Source: an uncultured Gammaproteobacteria bacterium
Lineage (GTDB): Bacteria > Patescibacteriota > Patescibacteriia > UBA9934
DNA length: 64,000 bases
Reading direction: 5' to 3'
Assembly (NCBI GenBank): GCA_964569575.1
Contig: CAZMTL010000005.1
Location: 9,053 to 73,052 of the forward strand
In this document: one piece after another, positions 1 through 10,900 of the stretch
How positions within the stretch are numbered: the first letter of the stretch is position 1
How the letters are laid out: every line of letters begins with the position of its first letter
Notes under the pieces: model-generated
What the model was told of the DNA's origin: nothing
Database searches by the model: none
What the model saw: only the letters and a program-made list of their open reading frames with translations
Made by a program: the position numbers and the translations under genes

Positions 1-7
1 GAATAAA

Positions 8-38
8 AAGATCCGGCAACTTGCCGGATCTTTTTTTG
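8..38. terminator. Bidirectional rho-independent terminator: GATCCGGCAA/TTGCCGGATC stem flanked by an A-run and a T-run
   Basis: Perfect 10-bp inverted repeat with A5 upstream and T7 downstream, read directly from the sequence. Confidence 0.6.
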
Positions 39-112
39 TTCGATTGTTTCCACAGCTTGTCGATTTTAAATTGAGTAACTGTGATAAAATAGATGCATCA
101 CTAACCGTCATC

Positions 113-1915
113 ATGCTTGGACGACGTTTGTTTTATCGGATCGGATGCGCACTTACATTCATTGCTGCGGTAGCAATGGTCTTTTTTGTTCCCGATGTTT
201 TTGCGCAGACCGGAATTGAAGAAGTTGGGAATGCTGCGGGCATTAATACAGGTCGAGATTTATTTTCGATTATTGGGACGGTGATCAATGTCTTCTTTAG
301 CATTCTTGGAATCATCTTTTTGTTACTTGTGTTGTACGCGGGATTCCTTTGGATGACGGCTGCAGGTAATCCAGATTCGGTCGACAAGGCGAAGCGTGTG
401 TTGATTCAGGCGGTTGTTGGGCTGGTTATTACATTGAGTGCATTCGCGATTACGACGTTTATTTTAGGAGTGCTGAACCGAGCTGGATTGATTGGAGGAG
501 ATGGCAACGGTTTGAATAATGGCATTGAGTCGCTTTCTGGTTCGCTTGGTGCTGGCGCGATTCGTGATCACTATCCTCCTCGGTTTGGAATCGATATTCC
601 TCGTAACACGAAGATATTTGTTACGTTTAAGGAAGCGATGGATATTGCTTCCTTTATAGAAGGGTACAGTACAGCCGGTACGCCATTGGATGTTTCGGAC
701 GATTCTTTGGAAACAGCGTTGAATGTAGATAATATTCTTATTTATGTTACAGCGGATGGGGAGGGTGAGGCGCTCGAAACTAGTGAAGTGACAGTTGCAT
801 TTACCGAAGATTTGAAAACATTTGTCTTTGATCCTCCTGTGCTTGGTTCGCCGAATCAGGATGTGAATTATACGGTCTACTTGTCAGATTCGATTCGAAC
901 AGCGAATGGTGACGCTCCGATTAACTTGGGTGGCTATCAATGGACGTTTACGGTTGGAACTGAATTGGATGTGACTCCACCTGTCGTGACATCAGTGACG
1001 CCGTTTCCTGCTGGAACGTATGATCGTAACATTGTCGTTCAAGTTGATTTTTCGGAAGCGATTGATCCGACAGCTTCAACCGGAACGACGGCGCAAGGAT
1101 TTGAAAATATTCAAGCCCTTTCGCAGGGCACCCCTGTTGCTGGAAGTTACTTGATTAGTAATGGGTATCGAACGATTACATTCCAGAGTTCCTCGGTCTG
1201 CGGAACAAATTCGTGCGGTGAAACATTGTACTGCTTGCCGGGTAATGCGGATATCGAAACGATTGTGTATGCAGCTACTCCGGGAACCGAACCTCCTCAG
1301 GCCGTTTCGTTCCCGTATGACGGTATTGTTGATGTGGTTGGAAATTCGCTTGATGGAGACGGTGACTGGGGACAGGAGGGTGGAGAAGTTGGGGATGATT
1401 ACGCGTGGCAATTTTCGACCACAAATGACATTAATTTGTCTGCGCCCGAGATTGAAACTGTTTTACCAAGCGTACTGCAGGAAGATATTGCGCTCGATGC
1501 CCCTGTGGAAGCGATTTTTGGATGTAGCGAGAGTTCGAATCCAAATACCTGTGACTCTGTTTTGATGAGTTCGACTGTTTCTTCTGAATTTATCTCGCTG
1601 AGTTCCGGTTCGGATCACGAGCTGTGGTACAGGGTTACGCGCGAAAATTTGGATGCAGATGGCGTGCCGGTGAATTCGACAACGATTCCTTCGAAAACGC
1701 GCGTGGTTGTTCCGCATGGAATTTTCCTTGAATCGGTTGATGACGACAATCAGCTTTATCAGCTTACGATGACTGAACAGCTAAAAAATCAATACCAAAA
1801 TTGTTTTGCGCCGGCAGAAGGACCGAATGCTGTTGGTGGTCGGTGTGGTACGACCGAAAGTCAACCATATTGCTGCAATGGTATTGCTAGCGCTAATGAA
1901 TGTGCTCAGATCTAA
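113..1915 (+). CDS. Surface protein with N-terminal VirB2/TrbC-like two-TM pilin hairpin (LYAGFLWMTAAGNPDSVDKAKR) fused to SbsA-type Ig-like (Big_5) domains and a Cys-rich C-terminus
   Basis: ORF track 44..1915 trimmed to the first ATG (113) preceding a signal/TM segment; hydrophobic-loop-hydrophobic hairpin matching the T4SS pilin-like family abundant in CPR genomes; repeated 'P..g.t.v..n..i.v.Fse.id' motifs. Confidence 0.75.
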   Translation: MLGRRLFYRIGCALTFIAAVAMVFFVPDVFAQTGIEEVGNAAGINTGRDLFSIIGTVINVFFSILGIIFLLLVLYAGFLWMTAAGNPDSVDKAKRVLIQAVVGLVITLSAFAITTFILGVLNRAGLIGGDGNGLNNGIESLSGSLGAGAIRDHYPPRFGIDIPRNTKIFVTFKEAMDIASFIEGYSTAGTPLDVSDDSLETALNVDNILIYVTADGEGEALETSEVTVAFTEDLKTFVFDPPVLGSPNQDVNYTVYLSDSIRTANGDAPINLGGYQWTFTVGTELDVTPPVVTSVTPFPAGTYDRNIVVQVDFSEAIDPTASTGTTAQGFENIQALSQGTPVAGSYLISNGYRTITFQSSSVCGTNSCGETLYCLPGNADIETIVYAATPGTEPPQAVSFPYDGIVDVVGNSLDGDGDWGQEGGEVGDDYAWQFSTTNDINLSAPEIETVLPSVLQEDIALDAPVEAIFGCSESSNPNTCDSVLMSSTVSSEFISLSSGSDHELWYRVTRENLDADGVPVNSTTIPSKTRVVVPHGIFLESVDDDNQLYQLTMTEQLKNQYQNCFAPAEGPNAVGGRCGTTESQPYCCNGIASANECAQI

Positions 1916-1916
1916 C

Positions 1917-4900
1917 ATGTCTTCTTTCTTCCGCTCAATTTTTACCCTCTTATTTTCCGCCATCTTGTTTGGTGGATTTTGGGTTTTACCGGTGAATGCG
2001 CAGGTCGCTGATCAGGTGAATGATAGTTTGACGGTGGTGGGTGAGGGTTCGGGGCTTTCGAATCAGGATTTGCCTACAACGATTGCGAAGATTATTAATG
2101 TTGTTATTTCGTTGTCCGGAATTATTTTACTAGTGCTAGTGATTTATGCTGGCTTTTTGTGGATGACGGCGGCGGGTAATTCGGAGCAGGTCGATAAAGC
2201 GAAGCGCATTTTGGTGCAGGCGGTGATTGGATTGATTATTGTGTTTGCTTCGTTTGCTATTACTCAATTCGTGATTAGTTCGCTTTCGAACGCGACTGGA
2301 TTGCAGGACGGTGGTTCAGGTGGCGATGATGACGATGACGGAGGTGGACTTGGAGGAAGTGGTTCTACTTCGTTCACTGTTGCCGGTGTTGTGCCTCAGG
2401 GCGAAGTGTTGATTCGCAATATTGTCGTTCAAGCAACGTTTTCGCGAGTTGTGGATGAGTCGAGCGTGAATAACAACTCATTCCAAGTTGTGCGTGTTTC
2501 GGATCAGGAGGAAGTAGATGGAGATCTTATAGTGCTTGGAAATCGTATCAGTTTTACTCCAGATCAAACATGTCCAGATCCAAACGGTGACCGATTCTGT
2601 TTTGATGAAAATACCGCTTACGAAATTCGATTAACGGGTGATCTTGAGAGTACGAATGGACGTAATTTAACGACGTGTGCGAATGGGTGTTCGTATTTGT
2701 TTACCTCGGGTTCAGTTGTAGATGTAGAAAATCCGACGGTTCGATTTACCGTCCCAGCTGCGAATGAACGTGTTTCGGTGAACGAAGTTGTTCCGGTTCA
2801 AGTCTTTGCGACAGATGATTACGCGGTTGCTGGTTCGGATTTTGCCGTTGATCAAGCATTTTTTGATTCGGTAGGTGTTCCTGGAGTGCAGACGGAGGTG
2901 GCGATCGACAGTGCTTGGGATACAACGACTCCGGTCGCGACGGTCGAGAATACTTCTTATACCTTGCTTTCGCAGGTGCGTGATTTGGCTGGGAACACGG
3001 CTACGGCGCAGCGATCTGTTCGTGCAACGCCTGCGCATTGTTTTAATGGTGTTGTGGATAGTGGAGCAACTCCGCCGGAAGAGGGTCTGGATTGTGGTGG
3101 TGTTTGTGGGGCGTGTAATGGTGGGGCGTGTACCGAGAACGATCAGTGTAGTAGTGGGGCTTGTTTGAATGGAACGTGTCAGTCTATTCCGGTTATTTCG
3201 GATGTTTCGCCTCGTGATGGTGCGCCTGGTACGTATGTGACGGTGACTGGAAGTGGTTTTGAATCTGTTGCCGGAATTGTCTATTTTTCAGATGGATCCG
3301 GCGGGTTGGTTCCTTCTGCGGTTACAGCGTGTGGAGAAGGATGGTCTGCGACCGAGATTATTGTGGCAGTTCCTGAAGGAGCGGTTGATGGGCCACTTAC
3401 ATTGCAGACAAATAGTGGACTGGAAGATACGACGAATAATGATACAGGAGCGTTTATTGAAGATTTCGACGTGAATACGCTTGAACGACCGAGCATTTGT
3501 CGTCTTGCTCCAAATTCTTCCCCTTCTGGTTCTTTTGTTGATGTGATTGGTGTGAACTTTGGCACAACAGAAGCAGCTGTTCTTTTTGAAGGTGCGCAGA
3601 CTGTGGAGGCTCGAACATATGCTTCTTGGAGTGATTCCGAAATTGAGCTAACTGTTCCGTCTGTTCGTGTTGGCTTGCATGATGTGTTTGTGCGCGTAGG
3701 AGGAATTGAATCGAATAAGGTGCAGTTTAATGCGAGTGAGATTCTTTCTAATGCGCCTGTTCTTGCAACTGTTGCCCCTGCTTCTGGTGGAGCGGGTCAG
3801 TATGTGACGTTTTCTGGTTCAAATTTTGGAACGGCGACAGGATTGGTTTATTTTGAAAATGTTCTTACGGGAGTAAAGACAATTGCGGATACAAATTTTC
3901 CGGCTGTGTGCGCGGAAGGATTTTGGCGCGCAGATGAAGTGGTTGTGAAGGTGCCGGATGTGGACGAAGGTGCGTATTTCGTGTCTGTTGAGCGTGGAAC
4001 GGATGGGGCGGATTCGAATACCCTTGATTTCTTGGTAACGAATGCCGCGCCAACGCCAGGTATCTGTTCTGTTTCGCCCGCGAGGGGATTGGAGGGTGCG
4101 GACGTGGTTATTTCTGGTGAAAATTTTGGAAGTCAGCAAGGACGAGCCTTGTTTTATAATGAAGTTTCGGCCATCAATCCTGTTTGGGGTACAAGTCAAA
4201 TTAGTGTGACGGTTCCAGACGGAACATCTACTGGTCCACTGGTGATCGAGAATGCTGCTGGAGTTCAAGGAAATTCGGTATTGTTTGAACTTGGTGAGAC
4301 GGATGGAGATGTTGATGATGCTGGGGCTGTTGCGCAGTATTCTTGGACGTTTTCGACAGGACAGATTCCAATTGCGCCTTCGGTTGTGCAGGCATGTAAT
4401 GAAAATACCATTAGTGCCGTGCCGAATGCGGTGTTTTCTCAAAATGTGTGCGTGAACGCGTTGGTGGTTGCCGAATTTGATACATTAATGCGTCATCAAA
4501 CGATTACAAATCAAACGATTTTACTCGAACGTTGTGATAGCGCCTCTTGTGCAAGCGCATCTGCTGTTGGTGCGACCGTTTCTGCTTCTTCTTCGGCGGA
4601 TCGTACGGCTTTTTCTTTGCAGATTAATCAAGGAAATGGTCGGCTTTCGCCTTCTACCACGTATCGTGTCACGGTGAGTGATTTAGTACAGTCTCTTGAC
4701 GGCACGCCGATGAATCAACCTTTCTCTTGGACCTTTACCACATCTACTTCTTCAGAAGATTGTGATGTTGAAGAAGTTCGAGTTTCGCCTACACGTCAAA
4801 CTTTGTCAGTGCTCGATCAGCAGGCGGAGTACCGTGCATTGCCAGTTTTTGGTGATTGTCAGGTGTTGGTTGCGGAAGATTATTCGTGGCAGTGGTCAGT

Positions 4901-7900
4901 AGATGAATCAGTTGCGAGCATTGATGATACGTGTGACGAGATTTTGGACGGATCGTGCGCGACAGTATCTGCGTTAGCGGAAGGAGAGGCGGTTGTGACG
5001 GCAAGTTCGATTGATTCTGGCATTTCTGGAACGGGTGATTTGGTTGTTCAGTTTACGGATCCGTTTGTTCAAAGTTTTTGGCCAGCGTGTTCTCTTGCCT
5101 GTGTAAACGCGCAGGTTGGGGCTTCGTTTAACATTCCTGTACTCGCGGCGACAGTTGAGCGAAGTGGAGCGGTGGCGCTGTATGAATGTTCAAACGAATT
5201 TTGTACGGACTTAACGCTTGTCAGCGAAAATGCGGATTGTGTAGATGGAAGTGATGGTTGTGAAGGGTTTACTGTTCGAGTTAATCAGCTTCTGCGTACG
5301 TCTACGTATTACCGTGTCGTTGTTTCGGGAGATGTGCAGTCGCAAAGCGGTGTTCCGCTTACGCGATTGAATTACGGAGAAGATTATTCTTGGACATTTT
5401 TGACGCGCGCGGATGCGCAAGAATGTGCCGTTGCTCGAGTTGATCTTTCACCGGGTAATGCACAGGTGGAGGTTGTTGGAGCGACTCAGCGATTTACTGC
5501 TACGCCATTTGGTGAAGCGGATGCTTGTTCTGTTGCGGGACAGCGTTTAAATGCGTACGGATACAGTTGGGACTGGACCAATCCGATTGATTCCAGCTCT
5601 CAGTCTGACGACAATATCGCTTCGTGGGTAACGCTTGGTGGTGAATTGTTTGATGCAAATCCTTCTTCTATTCCTGCCGGTTGCAGTAGCGCTTGTACGG
5701 CAGTTGGAAGCTTCCCATTGTTTGCTATTTGTGGAAATAACGTTGTTGAAACGGGTGAGGATTGTGATGACGGAAACACGACTGGAGGCGATGGATGTTC
5801 TTCGATGTGTTTAAACGAGGGTGTTGTTGGTGGTGTTTGCGGAAATACCGTTTTGGATGCAGGTGAAGAATGTGATGATGGAAATTCAACGAATGGTGAC
5901 GGATGTTCGGATATGTGTTTGCGTGAAGGGTCGCAGGCAAGTGGTTTAACGTGTGGTGATGGAATTGTTTCGCGAGATACGCGTTATGGAGGAGAGGATT
6001 GTGATGATGGAAACAAGAAGGGTGGAGACGGCTGTTCGGCTGTTTGTTTGAACGAAGGATCGCAGAGCATTTCGACCGTTGCAGCTGCTTGTGGGAATGG
6101 TGTTGTGGAGACTCCGTACGAAACTTGCGATGACGGAAACGGTGTAAGCGGTGACGGCTGTTCGAATCGTTGTTTGCGTGAAGGTATTTCGGCGACCGTT
6201 GCGACTGGATTTATTTGTGGGAATGGTGTGACTGAACGATTGCCAAGCGGCGGAGGAGAGGATTGTGATGGTGGCGAAGGATGTTCGGTGACGTGTCGAT
6301 TTGAAGGTTCGAGTACCGACTACTCTACTCCTTCAGTGTGTGGAGATGGAATTGCTGGAATCGGTGAGTTGGCAATGTGTGAAGCTGGATATTCTGGTGA
6401 TGGATTTGATGACCCTGTTCAGCTTGCGGTGATTGACGGTGATGCGGCTCAGTTTGTGGACGAAAGCGGTTTAGCTACGCAGTCTATCGAGGTAACTCTT
6501 GCGCCTGTTACGGCAACGGCGAATTTGCAGCTTTCTTGTTCGGCGAATAGTGATGCGGATTGTCCTGTTGGATTTGGAGCGGATCAAAATGGCTGCTGCA
6601 GCGAACGCCCGACTATTACCGCGTTCCCTAATGGAGCAAATGCTTGTTTAAACTCGGCTATTTACGTTACGTCGAATCGTGAAATGGATTTGGCTAGTTT
6701 TGATGACGCAGCGTATGTTGTGTACGAAGGGGCAAGTTGTCCTCAGAATCATACAACGCTAGCACTTTATCGCGCGGTGCATAAGAATTGGTTTGCTCGT
6801 GCTTGGATTTCAATTCAAACGTTCTTTGTTCGGGGGGCGAATGCTCAAGTTTCGGGTGATTGTGTTGTTCCGGTTGAGCGATTTGTGCAATCGAAGGTGA
6901 GTGATACCGAATATCGTATTTCGTTTATTACGAATACGCTTCTTGAAGCTGGTGCTCCGTACGCGATTGTGTTAGAGGCTGGAGCCGAAGGTGTGACTAC
7001 GTCCACAGGAGTAGCGCTTGCGAATGAAGTGCGTCAGAGTTTTTCTACAGGAAGTGAAATTTGTCGGTTGAGTCAGGTGGAGATTGTGGATGAAACGGGT
7101 GTTGTTCCTGGATTATTCCGCTCGCTTAGCGAAACGCACGACATGATTGCATTGCCTTATGCTGTATTGAATGGTGTGCGAAGCGAAATTCAGCCGGTTC
7201 AAGGTGTCTATTCTTGGAACTGGTTGCCATGGCAAGAAGATTCTGGCGCGACGCTATTCTCTGTGCAAAATCAAACGACTACTCCAGACCGAGCGAGTGT
7301 TTCGACGCTTGGAGAAAATGGAGAAGCGACTTTAGTGGCCCAGGCTCAGATTATTGAAAATTCGGCTCCGACGGGTGTTGTGGTTGATGACACGCTGCGA
7401 TTACGCGCGTTGCTTTGTGAAAATCCGTGGCCATCTGCTGATTTGTTCCCGTTCGAAGATTCGCAGGCTGGGTTTGATCGTGGCATTCCAAATCTTCTTC
7501 AAACACCGGACTGGATGAACTTTGAAACGTATTACTGTCGAGATACGTCGACAGAAGGTGCGTTATTGCCTTCGTTGAACATTGTTTCTTCGACAGACAC
7601 GACAAGCGCAGGTGTGATTAAAGAATACTTCTTTGCTGTTGGAGCTTCGCGTGATGTGATTGGTATTCGTGTGGTAGCGAATCCTCAATATTTGAGCCCG
7701 TCTGATTGGTACACAGCGCAAGGATTTACTGGAACGGCTTCTGAAGAGCAGGTGGATGGATTTGAAGCGGTTCGAAGCGGTCGAACTATTTATGTGGCTG
7801 CACCGAATGTGTCGAATGTAGGGACGGCGATGTATTCAAATATTTACGCTATTTCGTACAACGAAGATGCTTCTGCTCAAACACAACAAATTTTTGAGCA

Positions 7901-10900
7901 ATTACTCGACAACTGGAATTTCGCTATTGCGCTCGAAGATGTTCGATTGTGTCAGGAGGGTGGAGTGTATACTTCTACCGTGTGTTCTGCTGATGTTGAG
8001 TGTTCAGCGACTGCTGGAGCCGTTTGTGGTTCGGAGAAGGCAAAAATTACTCGTGATACGAAGCGGTTGGCAGATATTACAACGATTAGTCGTCAGTTGA
8101 GTGCTTATGCGGTGCAGAATCGGTTCTGTTCTCAGACGACCGGTTTGAGTTGTCTTTCGAATGCGGATTGTCCTGGAACGGAATTGTGTGTTGATACCTA
8201 CCCACAGTTAGACGCGGGAACATTTGTGCGTTCGATTGATTCGAGTGCTTGGCCAAGTTGGAACGAAGTTTTGGGAACGCAAATTGGAGCCATTCCTTCC
8301 GATCCGTTAAATCGCTACAACGCTTGTGGTGAAGGAACTGCGTACGGTGATCACGATGCGGCCACTTGTGTAAATCAAACAACCGGCGTGTATTTGTGTC
8401 CAGAGAATTCGTATGCATACCATTACCGATCTGTTGGCGCGAATGCATTCGAGCTTAGCGCGGAACTTGAGTATGTAGGTACAGGTGCCCAGGCTTGGGT
8501 GAATGCGATTGATCCGGTAGCAGGTGATCAGCGTACGATTCGTGTTGGAAACGCGAATCCGAATTCGGGAGCAGGATTTTCTTCTGCTCAAGCGTTTTGT
8601 TCGAATGCGAGCTACGGTGGGTCGGATATTTGTGGTGATGGAATTGTTGGTCCGAATGAAGTGTGTGAAGTTGGCCAGGCTGGAGCGATGAATACGTGTG
8701 ATTTGAACGGGGATGGCGCTGCTGATTCGGTGCGTCCTACGGTCTGTAATGCAAGTTGTACTGGATTTGTGGAAACGGCCGGAGCAGATGCGGACGTATG
8801 TGCGTCATTTGCTTGTGGTAATGGAGTTATTGAACAGGGTGAAGCATGTGACGATGGCGCGTTGAATGGTCAGTATGGTTACTGTAGTTCGACGTGTTCA
8901 GGTGCTGGATTTTTCTGTGGAGATGGTCGAATTGCTGGCGGTGAATCGTGCGATTGCGGTCTTGATGGAAGTGGGGTGAGTGCGAGTGGTGGCGCGTGCA
9001 GCTCGCCAAATGGTGTGTACGGTTCAAATTTGAATAATACGTGTGCATGGGATTGTGGTGGTTCTGCGGCATTCTGCGGAGATTCGATTATTCAGGCAGG
9101 CGAACAATGTGATGGAAATGTTGAAACATGGGCAGGTGCTGTGTGTCGAACAGGTGCGAATATGGGTGATGCGTGTACAACGGATGCGGATTGTGGTGGC
9201 GGAGTTTGTGGAGGGTCGCGTCCAACGAATGCGTGTCCGACAAGTCGCGTGTGTTTAGATGGTCCGCAAGAAGGGTATGGATGTACGGCAGATGTCCAGT
9301 GTCCAGGAAGTACGTGCTCTGTGTTTACTGTTCAGACGGCGCGAACCAAGACTTGTGCTGATAACGGATTGGCAGGTGATAGCTGTTCGTGGGTTGGCGG
9401 AGATACGTTTATTGGTAAGGATTGTCGTGCGGCGGTTTCGTGCGGAAATGGCGTGGTTGATGCAGGAGAACAGTGTGATGATGGAAATGATGTAAATACA
9501 GATGCGTGTACAAATAGTTGTATCGCAAACGTGTGTGGAGATGGAATCGTTCAGGCTGGTGTTGAGCAGTGTGATTTGGGTACTCAAAACGGTCAGCAGT
9601 GTTCTTCGGCTTATCAGTCTTCGTGTAACTATTGTTCACCGACTTGTACATTATTGGCTTCTTCTGGGGCATTTTGTGGCGACGGTGTGCGCAACGGTGG
9701 TGAATTCTGTGATGCAGGAGATTTGCAGTATTACTGGTATTCCGCGTCTACGCGTACCGTTCGAAATGATGTCGCGACGTGTTTGGCGACTCAGGTTGGT
9801 CAAACGGTTACTGTTGCCGGTGTTCAATACGCGTGTACAAATATTGGAGCGTGTAATGGTGGAGTGAATAATGCGGATTTGTGTTCTTCGAATGCTCAGT
9901 GTGGTGGTGGAGGTTCGTGTGTGTTCCCGCAATGTGATTTGTCTTGTGGAAGTTCGTGTCCGTTAACGCTTACACCCGCTTCAGTGCAGTTCCTCGATAA
10001 TCAAGTTGGCGCAGTTCGTTCAGGTACGGTTGATTTGTTGAGCGCTTCTGAAACTTTGGATGCGGTTCTTCTGGGCGATCCAAATGCAGCAACGGCATAT
10101 ATTCCGGCTTGTCGAGTGGCAGATGATTTCATTATCGATATTTCTGGAACGAATCGAAGTTATCCGGATGTGGAGGTGATGTTCGTGCTGGATGAATCTC
10201 GCTCTATGACTTCGTCGCTTGGCGGTCAGCCTCGATTACAAGTCTTAAATGATGCGGTGAACGATGCAATCGATGCGTTATTCGACGGTTACTTGGGCCG
10301 TTCAGCGACGATGAGTATTGGTCTTTCTAGCTTTGGAGGAAGTCACTTTGTTCCAAATACAAATCGTACAGAGGTTCGGGATATGTTGGTTCTTTCTACG
10401 CGCGATGCCGCTTCTCGTAATCGTGCAGAGGTGAAGGCTGCGGCAAATCTTGTCTTAACCCAGGCGATTATGAATCCCGAAGGAACTCCTCTTTACGAAG
10501 CTATTCGTGATGCTCGAGACGGATTCACCGATGATCCGGACAGTCACAAAATTATCGTCATCTTCAGTGACGGGAATGTATATAACCCACAGGCTGAATA
10601 TGCATCGTTCCAGTCACATCTTGCAACTCCGTATGATCAGGGTGGTACGATGGACGCGCCAAAATATATGGCAGAGGTCTCGGATTTGATTGATCTGTAT
10701 AAGAGCCCAGCGGGTGGTGATATTGAAGTCTTTACCGCTATTTTGTCGAGTGGAGCTTGTAATGCTCAGCAAATGCAGCGTTGGTCTAGCATGACTTGTA
10801 CGGCTCAGCCTCGAGGATGTGCGCCTATTTCTGCGGAAGGAAATCATTCCTGCGTTGTTCCTCCAAATGGTGTGAATTATGCCTACCAAGCTTCTACCGC

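Noticed and set aside
1806-1916. N-terminal extension of the giant ORF (MRRQKDRMLLVVGVV...) overlapping the upstream gene by 110 nt
   Set aside because: The ATG at 1917 directly precedes a canonical signal peptide and sits 1 nt after the upstream stop. The extension is Arg-rich and read in the other gene's coding region.
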